Assembly (NCBI GenBank): GCA_964631135.1
Contig: CAZVVZ010000022.1
Location: forward strand, 1-13,506
Source: an uncultured Eubacteriales bacterium
GTDB lineage: Bacteria; Bacillota; Clostridia; TANB77; RGIG9151
DNA length: 13,506 bases
Direction: 5' to 3'
In this document: piece by piece, positions 1 to 8,247 of the stretch
How the letters are laid out: the number at the start of each line of letters is the position of its first letter
Position numbering within the stretch: position 1 is the stretch's first letter
Program-made: the position numbers and the translations under genes
The notes under the pieces: generated by a model
The model's database searches: none
What the model saw: only the letters and a program-made list of their open reading frames with translations
What the model was told of the DNA's origin: nothing

Positions 1-70
1 AAAGTCTTTCGTCGCAAATCCTGAGTTCCGATAAAACATATATCTTATTTCATGTGCTCTGACCAGCGAT
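1..70 (+). mobile_element. Hairpin repeat element, family 1, copy A (3' half only, cut by the window edge)
   Basis: nt 1-43 are identical to nt 1607-1649 of copy B, covering AAGTCTTTC, GTC, GCAAAT, CCTGA and GTTCC. The arm then diverges and ends in CTGACCAGCGAT, resembling the B terminus CTGACTAGTAAC. Strand is the polarity of the asymmetric core. Confidence 0.8.
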
Positions 71-155
71 ATATACTCTGGCTAGCAACTAACTATTTGG
101 GCTACCAGTAAATAGTAACATTCCACACTTTTAGAGTAAATCTTTCTACTTTTAA

Positions 156-1319
156 TTATAAATAAAAAACTTTATTATGGATCGCATTTAATGCTATATC
201 CACAAATTCAACATCTACAATAACAGAAAACTTTATTTCTGAACTACTTATAAGTTTAATAGGAATTTTATTTTCATAAAGTGCTTCATAAATTTTTTGA
301 GCCATTTCCGCTTTATTTATCATACCACTGCCAACAGCAGAAACCTTACCGCAATTCTCACAAATGCTAATATCGTATTTGCTGCCTATACATTCTCTAA
401 CTGCTTCAATATTATCTGATTTTACCGTAAAAGAAATTTCTTTTAGCCCAATACTCTGGCCTATAACGTCAATGGGTATTCCGCATTTTGAAAGCTTAAT
501 AAAAATGTCATATTCATCCTTAACATTAAAAATTGTAATAATCGCTACATTCCTATCCGCAGTAAAACCGGTAACATTAGCACTCTCTAAACTATTTTTA
601 ACTATCTTCGTCCCCTCCCTATCAGAAAAACTTCCGCCTGAAGTAAGGCTCACCTCATACTTTTTAGCCAGTTCAACAGCCCTATTATTCAGTACCTTAG
701 CGCCCAAGCTTGCGAGTTCCAGCATAGTATCATAGCTTACCTCCTCTAATCTGATTGCTTCTTTAACAACCCGCGGATCCGCAGTATATATTCCATCCAC
801 ATCACTGTATATCTCACATCTATCCGCAGATAAAGCATACGATAAAGCGATAGCGGTAGTATCAGAACCGCCTCTTCCAAGAGTAGTTATATCATCCATT
901 TCATCTATACCTTGAAAGCCTGCTACCACAACTACATTACCTTTCTCAAGCTCATTAAAAATTCTAAACGGTCGAATATTATCTATTCTTGAATTCATAT
1001 GTGGACCAACAGTAAAAATTCCCGCTTGTTCACCTGTAAGTGAAATTGCCGGGACTCCAATCTTGTTGAGCATCATAGTAAGAAGTGCCATAGACTGCTG
1101 CTCACCTGTAGATATCAATGTGTCCATCTCACGTGCAGAACACTCTTTATCTATTGAATGTGCCTTATTTATAAGTAAATCAGTAGTTTTGCCCTGAGCA
1201 GATACAACAACTACAATACTATTTCCTTTACTAAGTGCTTTTTGTATTTTTTGCGCCACTTTATATAATTTATCATTATCTGCAACAGAACTTCCGCCAT
1301 ATTTTTGTACAATAATCAT
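156..1319 (-). CDS. lysC: Aspartate kinase (monofunctional, with C-terminal ACT-type regulatory region)
   Basis: N-terminal IVQKYGGSSV kinase motif, VVVVSAQGKTTD, TLGRGGSDTTA, YSDVDGIYTADPR and the overall layout resemble Bacillus LysC-type aspartokinase. The ORF track starts at 1373, but the first 18 codons overlap a T-tract. The ATG at 1319 (MIIVQKYGG) follows AAGGGTGA at proper spacing, so 1319 is the likely start. Confidence 0.9.
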   Translation of the reverse strand: MIIVQKYGGSSVADNDKLYKVAQKIQKALSKGNSIVVVVSAQGKTTDLLINKAHSIDKECSAREMDTLISTGEQQSMALLTMMLNKIGVPAISLTGEQAGIFTVGPHMNSRIDNIRPFRIFNELEKGNVVVVAGFQGIDEMDDITTLGRGGSDTTAIALSYALSADRCEIYSDVDGIYTADPRVVKEAIRLEEVSYDTMLELASLGAKVLNNRAVELAKKYEVSLTSGGSFSDREGTKIVKNSLESANVTGFTADRNVAIITIFNVKDEYDIFIKLSKCGIPIDVIGQSIGLKEISFTVKSDNIEAVRECIGSKYDISICENCGKVSAVGSGMINKAEMAQKIYEALYENKIPIKLISSSEIKFSVIVDVEFVDIALNAIHNKVFYL

Positions 1320-1351
1320 TGTGTTCACCCTTAAAATCCTAATTTCAGAGC

Positions 1352-1434
1352 AAAAATTAAAAACAGCTACCATATAAATTCTGTAACTATAACTCCTTGC
1401 TCGGGAATATCACAAAATATTTTATATAGTAGCT
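1352..1434 (-). terminator. Terminator-like extended hairpin plus U-tract in the aspartate kinase leader (candidate attenuator)
   Basis: On the minus strand, AGCUACUAUAUAAA (1434-1421) pairs with UUUAUAUGGUAGCU (1378-1365). Pairing extends inward: UUUUGUGAU with GUUACAGAA, including G-U wobbles valid only on the minus-strand RNA. It is followed by GUUUUUAAUUUUU (1364-1352), about 20 nt before the RBS. Confidence 0.45.
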
Positions 1435-1526
1435 ATTTTGTTAATGCCCGTAAGAGCTTTAAAATTCTTACTCCACATTAACATAATATTATTATTGCAT
1501 TCTTTTTGTTACACCATAAAGCATCC

Positions 1527-1676
1527 GTTACTAGTCAGATTATATGAAATGAAATATATGTTTTAAAAGGAACGAATATTTGCCGAAAGACTTCCCGTAT
1601 TTTTTTAAAGTCTTTCGTCGCAAATCCTGAGTTCCGATAAAACATATATTTCATTTCATATAGTCTGACTAGTAAC
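1527..1676 (+). mobile_element. Hairpin repeat element, family 1, copy B (complete, MITE-like, 150 bp)
   Basis: The long imperfect inverted repeat GTTACTAGTCAGATTATATGAAATGAAATATATGTTTTA...GGAAC pairs with GTTCC...TAAAACATATATTTCATTTCATATAGTCTGACTAGTAAC. The core is GAAT 1574-1577, ATTTGC 1578-1583, GTC 1617-1619, GCAAAT 1620-1625 and CCTGA 1626-1630. It is flanked by the exact direct repeat AAGCATCC at 1519-1526 and 1677-1684. Confidence 0.85.
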
Positions 1677-1710
1677 AAGCATCCGTCTAATTTGATATAT
1701 ATATTTTTTT

Positions 1711-2727
1711 CTACTTCCTACTTGATAATCTTAAATCTCTTCCAAAAAATCTGCAAACTTCAAAGTTCCCTAAAATTCTTGACACAATCCGCTGATCATA
1801 ATAATTAACTAACTCTTTTAAGTCTTTATTAGTAGAAATAACCGTTTTAGTATGTTTTTTCGCCGAATTTAGTAATCTCGTGTTAAGAATATTAAAAAGC
1901 TCTGAACGTCTCGCCTCTGTCATGTTTTCAGTCCCTAAATCATCTATTATAAGTAACTCAACATTAAACAGCTCTTCATACTGTGATGCATCAAACTCTT
2001 CATTGTCGCCTTTCCTATAGTCCATAACTAGATCCATAAGTCGCCCTGAAGTCTGATACAAAACCGTCTTTCCTTTATCTAAAATAGCTTTAGCAATACA
2101 ATTACTTAAAAACGTTTTTCCCAAACCTGTGCCACCTGTAAACATCAAATTTTTCGTGTCTTTATCGTCAAAATTATCAACAAACTTCTTAGCCATTTCT
2201 TTAATAACAAGTATATTATCTCGTGGTGATTTTTTGCTGTTATATGCCATTTCATCAACCTTATCAGAAAATATAGTTTCATCAAAAGTATCAAAATTCT
2301 CTTTATCTATATTATAAATTTGCGACTGATTATAAGTATAATCAATAAGCTTCTGCCTAAAGCAAGAGCAGTTTTTAGCGCCGGTTATACTACCTATTAT
2401 ACCGGTATCCTCACAAATCTTACACTTAAAATTAGGGGTTAAAAACTCTTCTGTGACTCCTAATTTTTCCAGCAATTCTCTTTTCTCATTTTTTAATTCA
2501 TCAATCTGTGAATTTAAATCATTTACCGCATTTTCACGTTTAGTGTCATCATCTATAAAAATTATAGATTTACTTATATCCATGCCTATTTTCTTTATTT
2601 TCTCATCAATATCCAGTATTTTCGGTTCTTTTTTATAAATTTCTTTTTTCTTTTTCTCCACCTCAGCTAAAGCAAAGTTTCTATCATTTTCATATTCTTG
2701 CTGAATTTTTCTGTAAATTCCCTGCAT
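1711..2727 (-). CDS. Replicative helicase loader, DnaI/DnaC (IstB-like AAA+) family
   Basis: Walker A MFTGGTGLGKTF and Walker B LLIIDDLGTE are present. An N-terminal Cys cluster (CKICEDTG...CSC) resembles the DnaI zinc-binding domain. The RBS GAGGCGGTGA lies upstream. It sits 16 nt downstream of the DnaD-domain gene, as in the Firmicutes dnaB-dnaI arrangement. Confidence 0.85.
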   Translation of the reverse strand: MQGIYRKIQQEYENDRNFALAEVEKKKKEIYKKEPKILDIDEKIKKIGMDISKSIIFIDDDTKRENAVNDLNSQIDELKNEKRELLEKLGVTEEFLTPNFKCKICEDTGIIGSITGAKNCSCFRQKLIDYTYNQSQIYNIDKENFDTFDETIFSDKVDEMAYNSKKSPRDNILVIKEMAKKFVDNFDDKDTKNLMFTGGTGLGKTFLSNCIAKAILDKGKTVLYQTSGRLMDLVMDYRKGDNEEFDASQYEELFNVELLIIDDLGTENMTEARRSELFNILNTRLLNSAKKHTKTVISTNKDLKELVNYYDQRIVSRILGNFEVCRFFGRDLRLSSRK

Positions 2728-2743
2728 ACAATCACCGCCTCAT

Positions 2744-3706
2744 TTAGTTTGCATAAAATCTATCCAAATCATTAAATTCTTTTTGCTCAGGATTAACATA
2801 TGCACTGCTTGTGCCTTTGTTAGTTTTTATAAAATCATTTTTAGCCTTTACCTGCTCAATAAACTCATTTACCTGTTCTTTATTCTTAAGTCCTTTTTCA
2901 GCCCAAGAACAAATAATTTTATTTATATACTCAAAACTTGGATTAGTCTTAGAAGTAGTCTTTTTAAGTGCAATCTCTATAACGTCTAAATCATACCCGA
3001 ATTCTATACACCATTTATCTATATAGGCTTCCTCATATTCAGTAAGTTTTCTCGTAATTCCCAACTTTTTACTAATTGATTTTTTTATTTTATTGCATTT
3101 TTCATATTTTTGATAATAAATATCTAAATCATTCATATTTTTTATCTTGCTAAGCCCCCATGCCTCAGCAACAGTAAATAAATAGTTTTTATGTAAAGCT
3201 CTTTTATCATAGCAATAATTAAATAACGAATAAACAACTTCTTCTTCAAAATTATATTTATCAAAAATAGTTGCAATGTCGTTATACCAAGCCGGGCTCA
3301 TAATCCCCTGGAAAAATGTATTATTTATTGCATTTATAACAGATGCTCTCTTCGTATTCCTGTTGATTTTCTCAACAGCATCCTCAGGTGAAGTAGAAAG
3401 CTTAGGAGTATATAGCCTATTTACCTCTTTTTCTTTTAAATCACACAAAATAATACCTTTTTCAGTACTAATAACTAGACCTACTTTATTAAAATACTCT
3501 ATTGCAGCCTTCACTTTTTCTAACTGCAAACCCGTTTTTTTAGATAAATCAAGTAAAGATATATCTTTATTATGTTTTGATAAAAATAAGCAATATAAAT
3601 AAACCTTGACAAAATCTCCGTCCGCCTCAGTCAAATATTCATTTATAAAAATATCCGAAACTGCTGTATCGCCTAAAAGTAGTGACGAATTGCTCTCTAT
3701 CTTCAT
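2744..3706 (-). CDS. DnaD-domain replication initiation / primosome protein (Firmicutes DnaB/DnaD-like)
   Basis: It has an N-terminal winged-helix-like region and two DnaD-type C-terminal repeats (WGLSKIKNMNDLD..., IICSWAEKGLKNKEQV). It is paired with the helicase loader. AGGAG abuts the first ATG (3715) with zero spacing and lies 9 nt from the ATG at 3706, so 3706 (MKIESNSS) is the preferred start. Confidence 0.75.
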   Translation of the reverse strand: MKIESNSSLLLGDTAVSDIFINEYLTEADGDFVKVYLYCLFLSKHNKDISLLDLSKKTGLQLEKVKAAIEYFNKVGLVISTEKGIILCDLKEKEVNRLYTPKLSTSPEDAVEKINRNTKRASVINAINNTFFQGIMSPAWYNDIATIFDKYNFEEEVVYSLFNYCYDKRALHKNYLFTVAEAWGLSKIKNMNDLDIYYQKYEKCNKIKKSISKKLGITRKLTEYEEAYIDKWCIEFGYDLDVIEIALKKTTSKTNPSFEYINKIICSWAEKGLKNKEQVNEFIEQVKAKNDFIKTNKGTSSAYVNPEQKEFNDLDRFYAN

Positions 3707-3740
3707 GTGTAACATCTCCTATATGTTTTAATCCATTCAC

Positions 3741-3770
3741 ATTCTAACATAAAAGACTACATATATGCAA
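3741..3770 (-). promoter_or_regulatory. Candidate sigma-A promoter for the dnaD-like/helicase-loader pair
   Basis: On the minus strand the promoter reads TTGCAT (3770-3765), an 18-nt spacer ending in TGT, then TAGAAT (3746-3741), i.e. an extended -10. It lies in the 72-nt tex/dnaD-like gap. Confidence 0.45.
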
Positions 3771-3787
3771 GATTGCTGAAAAAGCAT

Positions 3788-5941
3788 TTACACATTTTTC
3801 ATACTAAGCCCCACTTTGCCTTTTTCTAAGTCAATTTTTATAACTTTAACATCAACAATATCTCCAACAGAAACAACATCCATAGGATTTTTAACATAAT
3901 TATTGCTAAGCTCTGAAATATGTACTAATCCGTCATTCTTTATACCTATATCCACAAAAGCTCCAAAGTCAATTACATTTCTTACAGTACCTTTTAATAC
4001 CATTCCCTCACGTAAGTCTTCTAACTTTAAAACATCACTCCTTAAAATAGGTTTTGGCATATCTTCTCTCGGATCACGTCCCGGCTTTTTAAGCTCATTT
4101 AATATATCTGTTATCGTTGGTATTCCGACATTTAACTCTTTGGAAACAGCATTTACATCAAGTGCATTTATTTTCCTTATCATTTCAGCTTTATCCACAT
4201 TTTCAAAATTCTTAACGTCATACCCCATTTTATTTAAAATCTTTTCAGTAACTTCATAAGACTCCGGATGAACAGATGTGTTGTCTAACGGGTTGTCTCC
4301 CTTAGGAATCCTTAAGAATCCCGAGCATTGTGTAAAAGCGGCAGGCCCTAATTTACTTACTTTAAGCAGTTCTTTACGATTTTTGAACTTACCGTTTTCT
4401 TCTCTATACTTTACAATATTAGAAGCGACCGTCTTACTTAAGCCCGAAACATAATTAAGTAGTGATGGAGTTGCAGTGTTTAAATTAACTCCCACCTTAT
4501 TAACTGCATCTTCTACGACCCCGGTTAATGCTTCATCTAACCTCTTTTGGTTAACATCATGCTGATACTGTCCAACTCCAATACTCTTAGGATCGATCTT
4601 TACAAGTTCAGCAAGCGGATCCTGAAGCCTCCTTGCAATAGAGATAGCACCACGAAGAGAAACATTTATATCCGGATACTCTTCTGTGGCAAGTTTAGAA
4701 GCTGAATAAACAGAAGCTCCAGCCTCACTCACAATAGTATAATAAACTTTTTCCGGAATCTCCTTTAACATATCTGCAACAAACTGTTCAGACTCACGGG
4801 AAGCAGTTCCGTTGCCTATTGCTATCATATCTATATTGTGTTTCTTTATTAAAGATTTTAGTTCTCTTTTAGCACCCTCAACATCATTTTGCGGAGCTGT
4901 AGGATAAACTGTGGTAGTAGCTAATAATTTACCAGTTTCATCAATAACCGCAATTTTGCATCCGGTTCTATAAGCTGGATCAAACCCCATTACCGTCATG
5001 TCTTTTAAAGGAGCCTGCAGTAGTAAATTCTTAATATTAACACCAAAAACCTTAATAGCTTTATCATCAGCAACAGCTGTTACATCGTTTCTAATTTCAT
5101 TTTCAATAGAAGGAGCAATAAGTCTCTTATATGCATCAGCTATACAAAGCTTTAACTCCTCTTTAAAAATACTATCTCCCAGTATTGCATCTTTCTCAAT
5201 ATATCCTAAAATTCCATCAGATTCGATCTCTAACTTTGTCTTTAAAACTCCCTCTTTTTCGCCACGATTTATGGCTAAAACTCTGTGACTAGGGATTTTA
5301 GAAATAGGCTCTGCGAAATCGTAATACATATCATATACTGTTTTTTCTTCCGGATTAACTGCCTTAGACGTAAGAACTCCATTTTCAAAAGTTATTTTCC
5401 TAATCTCCTTACGGTAATCCGCATTATCCGAAATTTCTTCCGCAATAATATCCAGTGCCCCATTTATTGCATCTTCTACATTTTTTACTCCTTTTTCTTC
5501 ATTTATGTATTCGCCTGCAATAGTAAACTTATCTCCGGATTTTAGCTCCTGGCTCTTTATAATAATTGCCAACGGTTCCAGTCCCTTTTCCTTAGCAATA
5601 GTTGCCCTTGTTCTCTTTTTCTGCTTATATGGTCTATACAGGTCCTCCAGTTCTGTCATAGTCTCAGCTTTTTCAATCTGAGACTTTAGTTCAGCCGTTA
5701 ATTTCCCTTGCTCATCTATTAAACGAATTATCTCCTCTTTTCTTTCCTCACGCTTCCTAAGATATAGAAGCCTTTCATAAAAATCTCTTAAGACCTCATC
5801 ACTGAGTTCTCCTGTCATTTCCTTCCTATATCTGGCAATAAACGGTATAGTATTGCCGCTGTCGATTAAATCAATAGTATTTTTTACTTGAAACTCCTTC
5901 AAGTTAAACTCATTTTTTAATTGTTCTTGAATAAAATCCAT
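3788..5941 (-). CDS. tex: Tex-like transcription accessory protein (YqgF/RuvC-like, HhH and C-terminal S1 domains)
   Basis: The N-terminal GNTIPFIARYRKEMTGELSD signature, the central GFDPAYRTGCKIAVIDETG (YqgF-like) and the C-terminal S1 domain (GTVRNVIDFGAFVDIG...GLVHISELS) are all present. The track start at 5947 is a TTG. The ATG at 5941 lies 8 nt after GGAG, so it is the preferred start. Confidence 0.93.
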   Translation of the reverse strand: MDFIQEQLKNEFNLKEFQVKNTIDLIDSGNTIPFIARYRKEMTGELSDEVLRDFYERLLYLRKREERKEEIIRLIDEQGKLTAELKSQIEKAETMTELEDLYRPYKQKKRTRATIAKEKGLEPLAIIIKSQELKSGDKFTIAGEYINEEKGVKNVEDAINGALDIIAEEISDNADYRKEIRKITFENGVLTSKAVNPEEKTVYDMYYDFAEPISKIPSHRVLAINRGEKEGVLKTKLEIESDGILGYIEKDAILGDSIFKEELKLCIADAYKRLIAPSIENEIRNDVTAVADDKAIKVFGVNIKNLLLQAPLKDMTVMGFDPAYRTGCKIAVIDETGKLLATTTVYPTAPQNDVEGAKRELKSLIKKHNIDMIAIGNGTASRESEQFVADMLKEIPEKVYYTIVSEAGASVYSASKLATEEYPDINVSLRGAISIARRLQDPLAELVKIDPKSIGVGQYQHDVNQKRLDEALTGVVEDAVNKVGVNLNTATPSLLNYVSGLSKTVASNIVKYREENGKFKNRKELLKVSKLGPAAFTQCSGFLRIPKGDNPLDNTSVHPESYEVTEKILNKMGYDVKNFENVDKAEMIRKINALDVNAVSKELNVGIPTITDILNELKKPGRDPREDMPKPILRSDVLKLEDLREGMVLKGTVRNVIDFGAFVDIGIKNDGLVHISELSNNYVKNPMDVVSVGDIVDVKVIKIDLEKGKVGLSMKNV

Positions 5942-5957
5942 AATCAATTCTCCTTTT

Positions 5958-7904
5958 TTATTTTACTTCCATTCTCGGCACATCCTTAAACATTCGCGGT
6001 GGATTGATATAAGGCTTTTTCTCAATTGCCCTTCTCGTCTTGTTGCGAATATATGTTTCCAGTTTATCCATAAAAACTTTCGCTTCTATTTCTTTATTTG
6101 CAACCATAGTAAGCCCTTTTTCCCAACTTGCGGTAAGCTCGGGATTTAGCATATCCGGCATAGCATCTTTTACTGTTTCATATATTAACTCACCTTTAAA
6201 ACTTGGTGTTATTACCTGGGTTTTAGAATTGCAAATAATGTATGAATTCCTTTGAAGCTTCTTTATTATTTCCGCTCTTGTCGCACTCGTTCCGATACCC
6301 GCACCTTTAATATGTGCCCTTAATTCCTCATCCTCAATAAGTTTACCGGCATTTTCCATTGCTAAAATCATTGTGCCTGTGGTATAGCGGCTTGGAGGGC
6401 TTGTTTCTCCCTCTTTTACTTCAATATTATTTATCTTTAACTGCTGACCTTTTTTTAATCCGCTTAATGCACTTTCATCGCCAGTAGCATCTTTCCCACT
6501 TTTTAGCACTTCTAAATACCCAATGTCCTTACATGTTTTTGCACTGGCAAAAAAATATTCGTCACCGATTTTTACAGTAAGTGAAATTCTGTTAAAAACA
6601 GCCGGCGGATAAAAAATCGCCAAAAATCTAAGCGAAATCACATTATATATCGCCTTTTCAAGCTCTTTTAGCGAATTATAGTTTTCATATCCCTGACCGG
6701 TTGGAATAATAGCATAATGGTCTGTGATTTTCGAATCATCAACATACTTTGATTTCACCAAATCAATATTATACTTTCTCTCAGCAATATTCATCGCAAA
6801 TTTTTTTACATTCTCGTCTAAACATTTTGTCGCTATCCCGTTTAAATTCTTCTTTATCTCCTTAGCAATAGCCGTAGAAAGTACTCTTGCATCAGTTCTT
6901 GGATATGTAACAAGTTTCTTTTCATATAATGTCTGAACAACTGATAAAGTTTCATCAGGTGCAATTTTGAACCTTTTTGAACATTCATTTTGAAGCTCTG
7001 CTAAATTGAAAAGCAAAGGTGCATTTTCTTTTTGTTGCTTCTTTTTTATTTCTTCAACAACTGCAAACTCATTTTTGCTTAAAGCATTCGCAAGATTCTG
7101 AGCATCATCCTTTTTCTTAAAACCAGTTTCATTATATAAAAGCGGTGAATTGTAAAACTTCGTATTTTCTATAGCTTTCCATTCTCCCGAACAATTTCCC
7201 TCTAAATTGCAAACCAGCCTATAAAAGTTTGTCTTAACAAAATTTCTTATTTCTCGTTCCCTGTCTACTACCATTCCTAAAACACATGTCATTACACGAC
7301 CTATTGCAATAACAACTCGCTCCTCTTTGCTTACAACACTTACTGCCCTTGAATATAGTAAACTAAGAAGTCTTGAAAAATTTATGCCAATCAAATAGTC
7401 CTCTTTAGCTCTTAAATATGCTGAATCAGCCAAAGCATCATATTCAGATAAATCTTTTGCTTCACGAATTCCTCTTAAAATTTCTTCCTCTGTCTGAGAA
7501 TCTATCCATACCCTTTTTTTTACTTTACCGGTGACTTTAGCCATAGAATCAACCAGCCTATAAATATACTCTCCTTCACGTCCTGAGTCAGTACAAACAT
7601 ATATAGTTTCAACATCAGCCCTAGTAAGTAATTCCTTTACAATATTAAATTGCTTTTCTACCGATGAAATCACTTCGTATTTATAGTCTGCCGGTAAAAA
7701 AGGAAGTGTAGCAAGTGACCACCTTTTTAATTTCTCATCATAAACTTCCGGATAACTCATAGTAACCAGATGCCCAACACACCATGTAATTACGTAGTTC
7801 TCATTTTCAATATATCCGTCATGCGAAGAAGAGTTTACCTTTAATATTTTGGCAAACTCTTTTGCAACACTTGGTTTTTCTGCTATAAATAAACTCTTTC
7901 CCAT
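5958..7904 (-). CDS. topB: DNA topoisomerase III (type IA)
   Basis: The Toprim N-terminus is LFIAEKPSVAKEF with the acidic cluster CTDSGREGEYI. The active-site tyrosine context is LVTYPRTDARVL. There is no C-terminal zinc-ribbon tail. The stop lies 16 nt before the tex ATG, so the two genes are probably cotranscribed. Confidence 0.9.
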   Translation of the reverse strand: MGKSLFIAEKPSVAKEFAKILKVNSSSHDGYIENENYVITWCVGHLVTMSYPEVYDEKLKRWSLATLPFLPADYKYEVISSVEKQFNIVKELLTRADVETIYVCTDSGREGEYIYRLVDSMAKVTGKVKKRVWIDSQTEEEILRGIREAKDLSEYDALADSAYLRAKEDYLIGINFSRLLSLLYSRAVSVVSKEERVVIAIGRVMTCVLGMVVDREREIRNFVKTNFYRLVCNLEGNCSGEWKAIENTKFYNSPLLYNETGFKKKDDAQNLANALSKNEFAVVEEIKKKQQKENAPLLFNLAELQNECSKRFKIAPDETLSVVQTLYEKKLVTYPRTDARVLSTAIAKEIKKNLNGIATKCLDENVKKFAMNIAERKYNIDLVKSKYVDDSKITDHYAIIPTGQGYENYNSLKELEKAIYNVISLRFLAIFYPPAVFNRISLTVKIGDEYFFASAKTCKDIGYLEVLKSGKDATGDESALSGLKKGQQLKINNIEVKEGETSPPSRYTTGTMILAMENAGKLIEDEELRAHIKGAGIGTSATRAEIIKKLQRNSYIICNSKTQVITPSFKGELIYETVKDAMPDMLNPELTASWEKGLTMVANKEIEAKVFMDKLETYIRNKTRRAIEKKPYINPPRMFKDVPRMEVK

Positions 7905-7968
7905 ATCTTAATTTATTTCTCCATTTAAAATTCTATTTACTTTATAGTTTATAAATCCTCTAATGTTC

Positions 7969-7998
7969 ATTATATAATTTCTAAAAATAATATTTCAA
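7969..7998 (-). promoter_or_regulatory. Candidate sigma-A promoter for topB-tex
   Basis: On the minus strand the promoter reads TTGAAA (7998-7993), an 18-nt spacer, then TATAAT (7974-7969). It lies about 65 nt upstream of the topB ATG and just downstream of element C. Confidence 0.55.
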
Positions 7999-8026
7999 GT
8001 ATTTCAGCAAAAATTTAGCTCTAGCG

Positions 8027-8170
8027 GTTACTGTTCAGACTACTATGCGAAAATAATATATATGTTTTAAAAGGAACGAATATTTGCAGAAAGACTTCCC
8101 GCATTTTTTAAGTCTTTCGTCGCAAATCCTGAGTTCCGGTAAAACGTATATATTATTTTCGCATAGTAAC
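8027..8170 (+). mobile_element. Hairpin repeat element, family 1, copy C (right arm shortened)
   Basis: nt 8030-8137 equal nt 13021-13129 of copy D except for one T in the loop T-run. The core is GAAT 8078-8081, ATTTGC 8082-8087, GTC 8119-8121, GCAAAT 8122-8127 and CCTGA 8128-8132. The right arm lacks 12 bp (GTCTGAACAGTA) relative to D. The flanks CTCTAGCG and CTCAAACG match at 6 of 8 positions. Confidence 0.85.
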
Positions 8171-8200
8171 CTCAAACGTGTTATTATTCAGGCTGATTGG

Positions 8201-8236
8201 TAAAAAACAACTCTTTTGAAATTTGCTTCAAAAGAG
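8201..8236 (-). terminator. Rho-independent terminator, presumably the original NAD operon terminator
   Basis: A perfect 10-bp stem pairs CTCTTTTGAA (8211-8220) with TTCAAAAGAG (8227-8236) across a 6-nt loop. On the minus strand it is followed by TTGTTTTTTA (8210-8201). The stem is AT-rich, so strength is moderate. Confidence 0.55.
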
Positions 8237-8247
8237 CTATTTTAATG

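Noticed and set aside
78-108. The hairpin CTGGCTAGC...GCTACCAG downstream of aspartate kinase as its terminator
   Set aside because: The 8-bp stem has a bulge and a 14-nt loop, and no U-tract follows on the minus strand. It is not a convincing intrinsic terminator.
364-735. Plus-strand ORFs in the track (364-735, 2129-2317, 2453-2638, 2783-3026, 3276-3602, 3903-4259, 4998-5545, 6040-6255, 6724-6936, 8570-8866, 11560-11883, 12383-12568)
   Set aside because: Each lies entirely antisense to a motif-supported minus-strand gene. They have Ser/Phe/Ile/Leu-rich low-complexity translations typical of antisense frames in AT-rich DNA, no convincing RBS, and no recognisable motifs.
1320-1373. N-terminal extensions and non-ATG starts in the ORF track (lysC 1373, dnaD-like 3715, tex 5947 TTG, nadV 10709 TTG)
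   Set aside because: In each case a downstream ATG has a properly spaced Shine-Dalgarno sequence and begins the conserved domain. The extensions overlap a U-tract, an RBS, or the preceding gene.
1320-1526. A lysine riboswitch (L-box) or T-box upstream of aspartate kinase
   Set aside because: The conserved L-box segments and the T-box 14-mer were not found by eye on the minus strand. Only a generic terminator-like hairpin is supported.
1527-1676. Integron attC sites, or IS200/IS605-type (PATE/REP) hairpins
   Set aside because: The GTTAC...GTAAC ends superficially recall attC core sites. However, the order is inverted relative to R''(..AAC)...R'(GTT..), and there is no intI, tnpA, tnpB or RAYT gene here. 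The exact 8-9 bp flanking duplications are not produced by those mechanisms. A single-strand-specific mechanism is still not fully excluded, given the uniform polarity.
1711-3715. The DnaD-domain plus DnaC/IstB-like pair as a prophage or ICE replication module, with topB as ICE cargo
   Set aside because: There are no integrase, repressor, structural or conjugation genes nearby. The pair matches the chromosomal Firmicutes dnaB-dnaI arrangement, and its neighbours (tex, aspartate kinase) are housekeeping genes. This cannot be fully excluded without synteny data.
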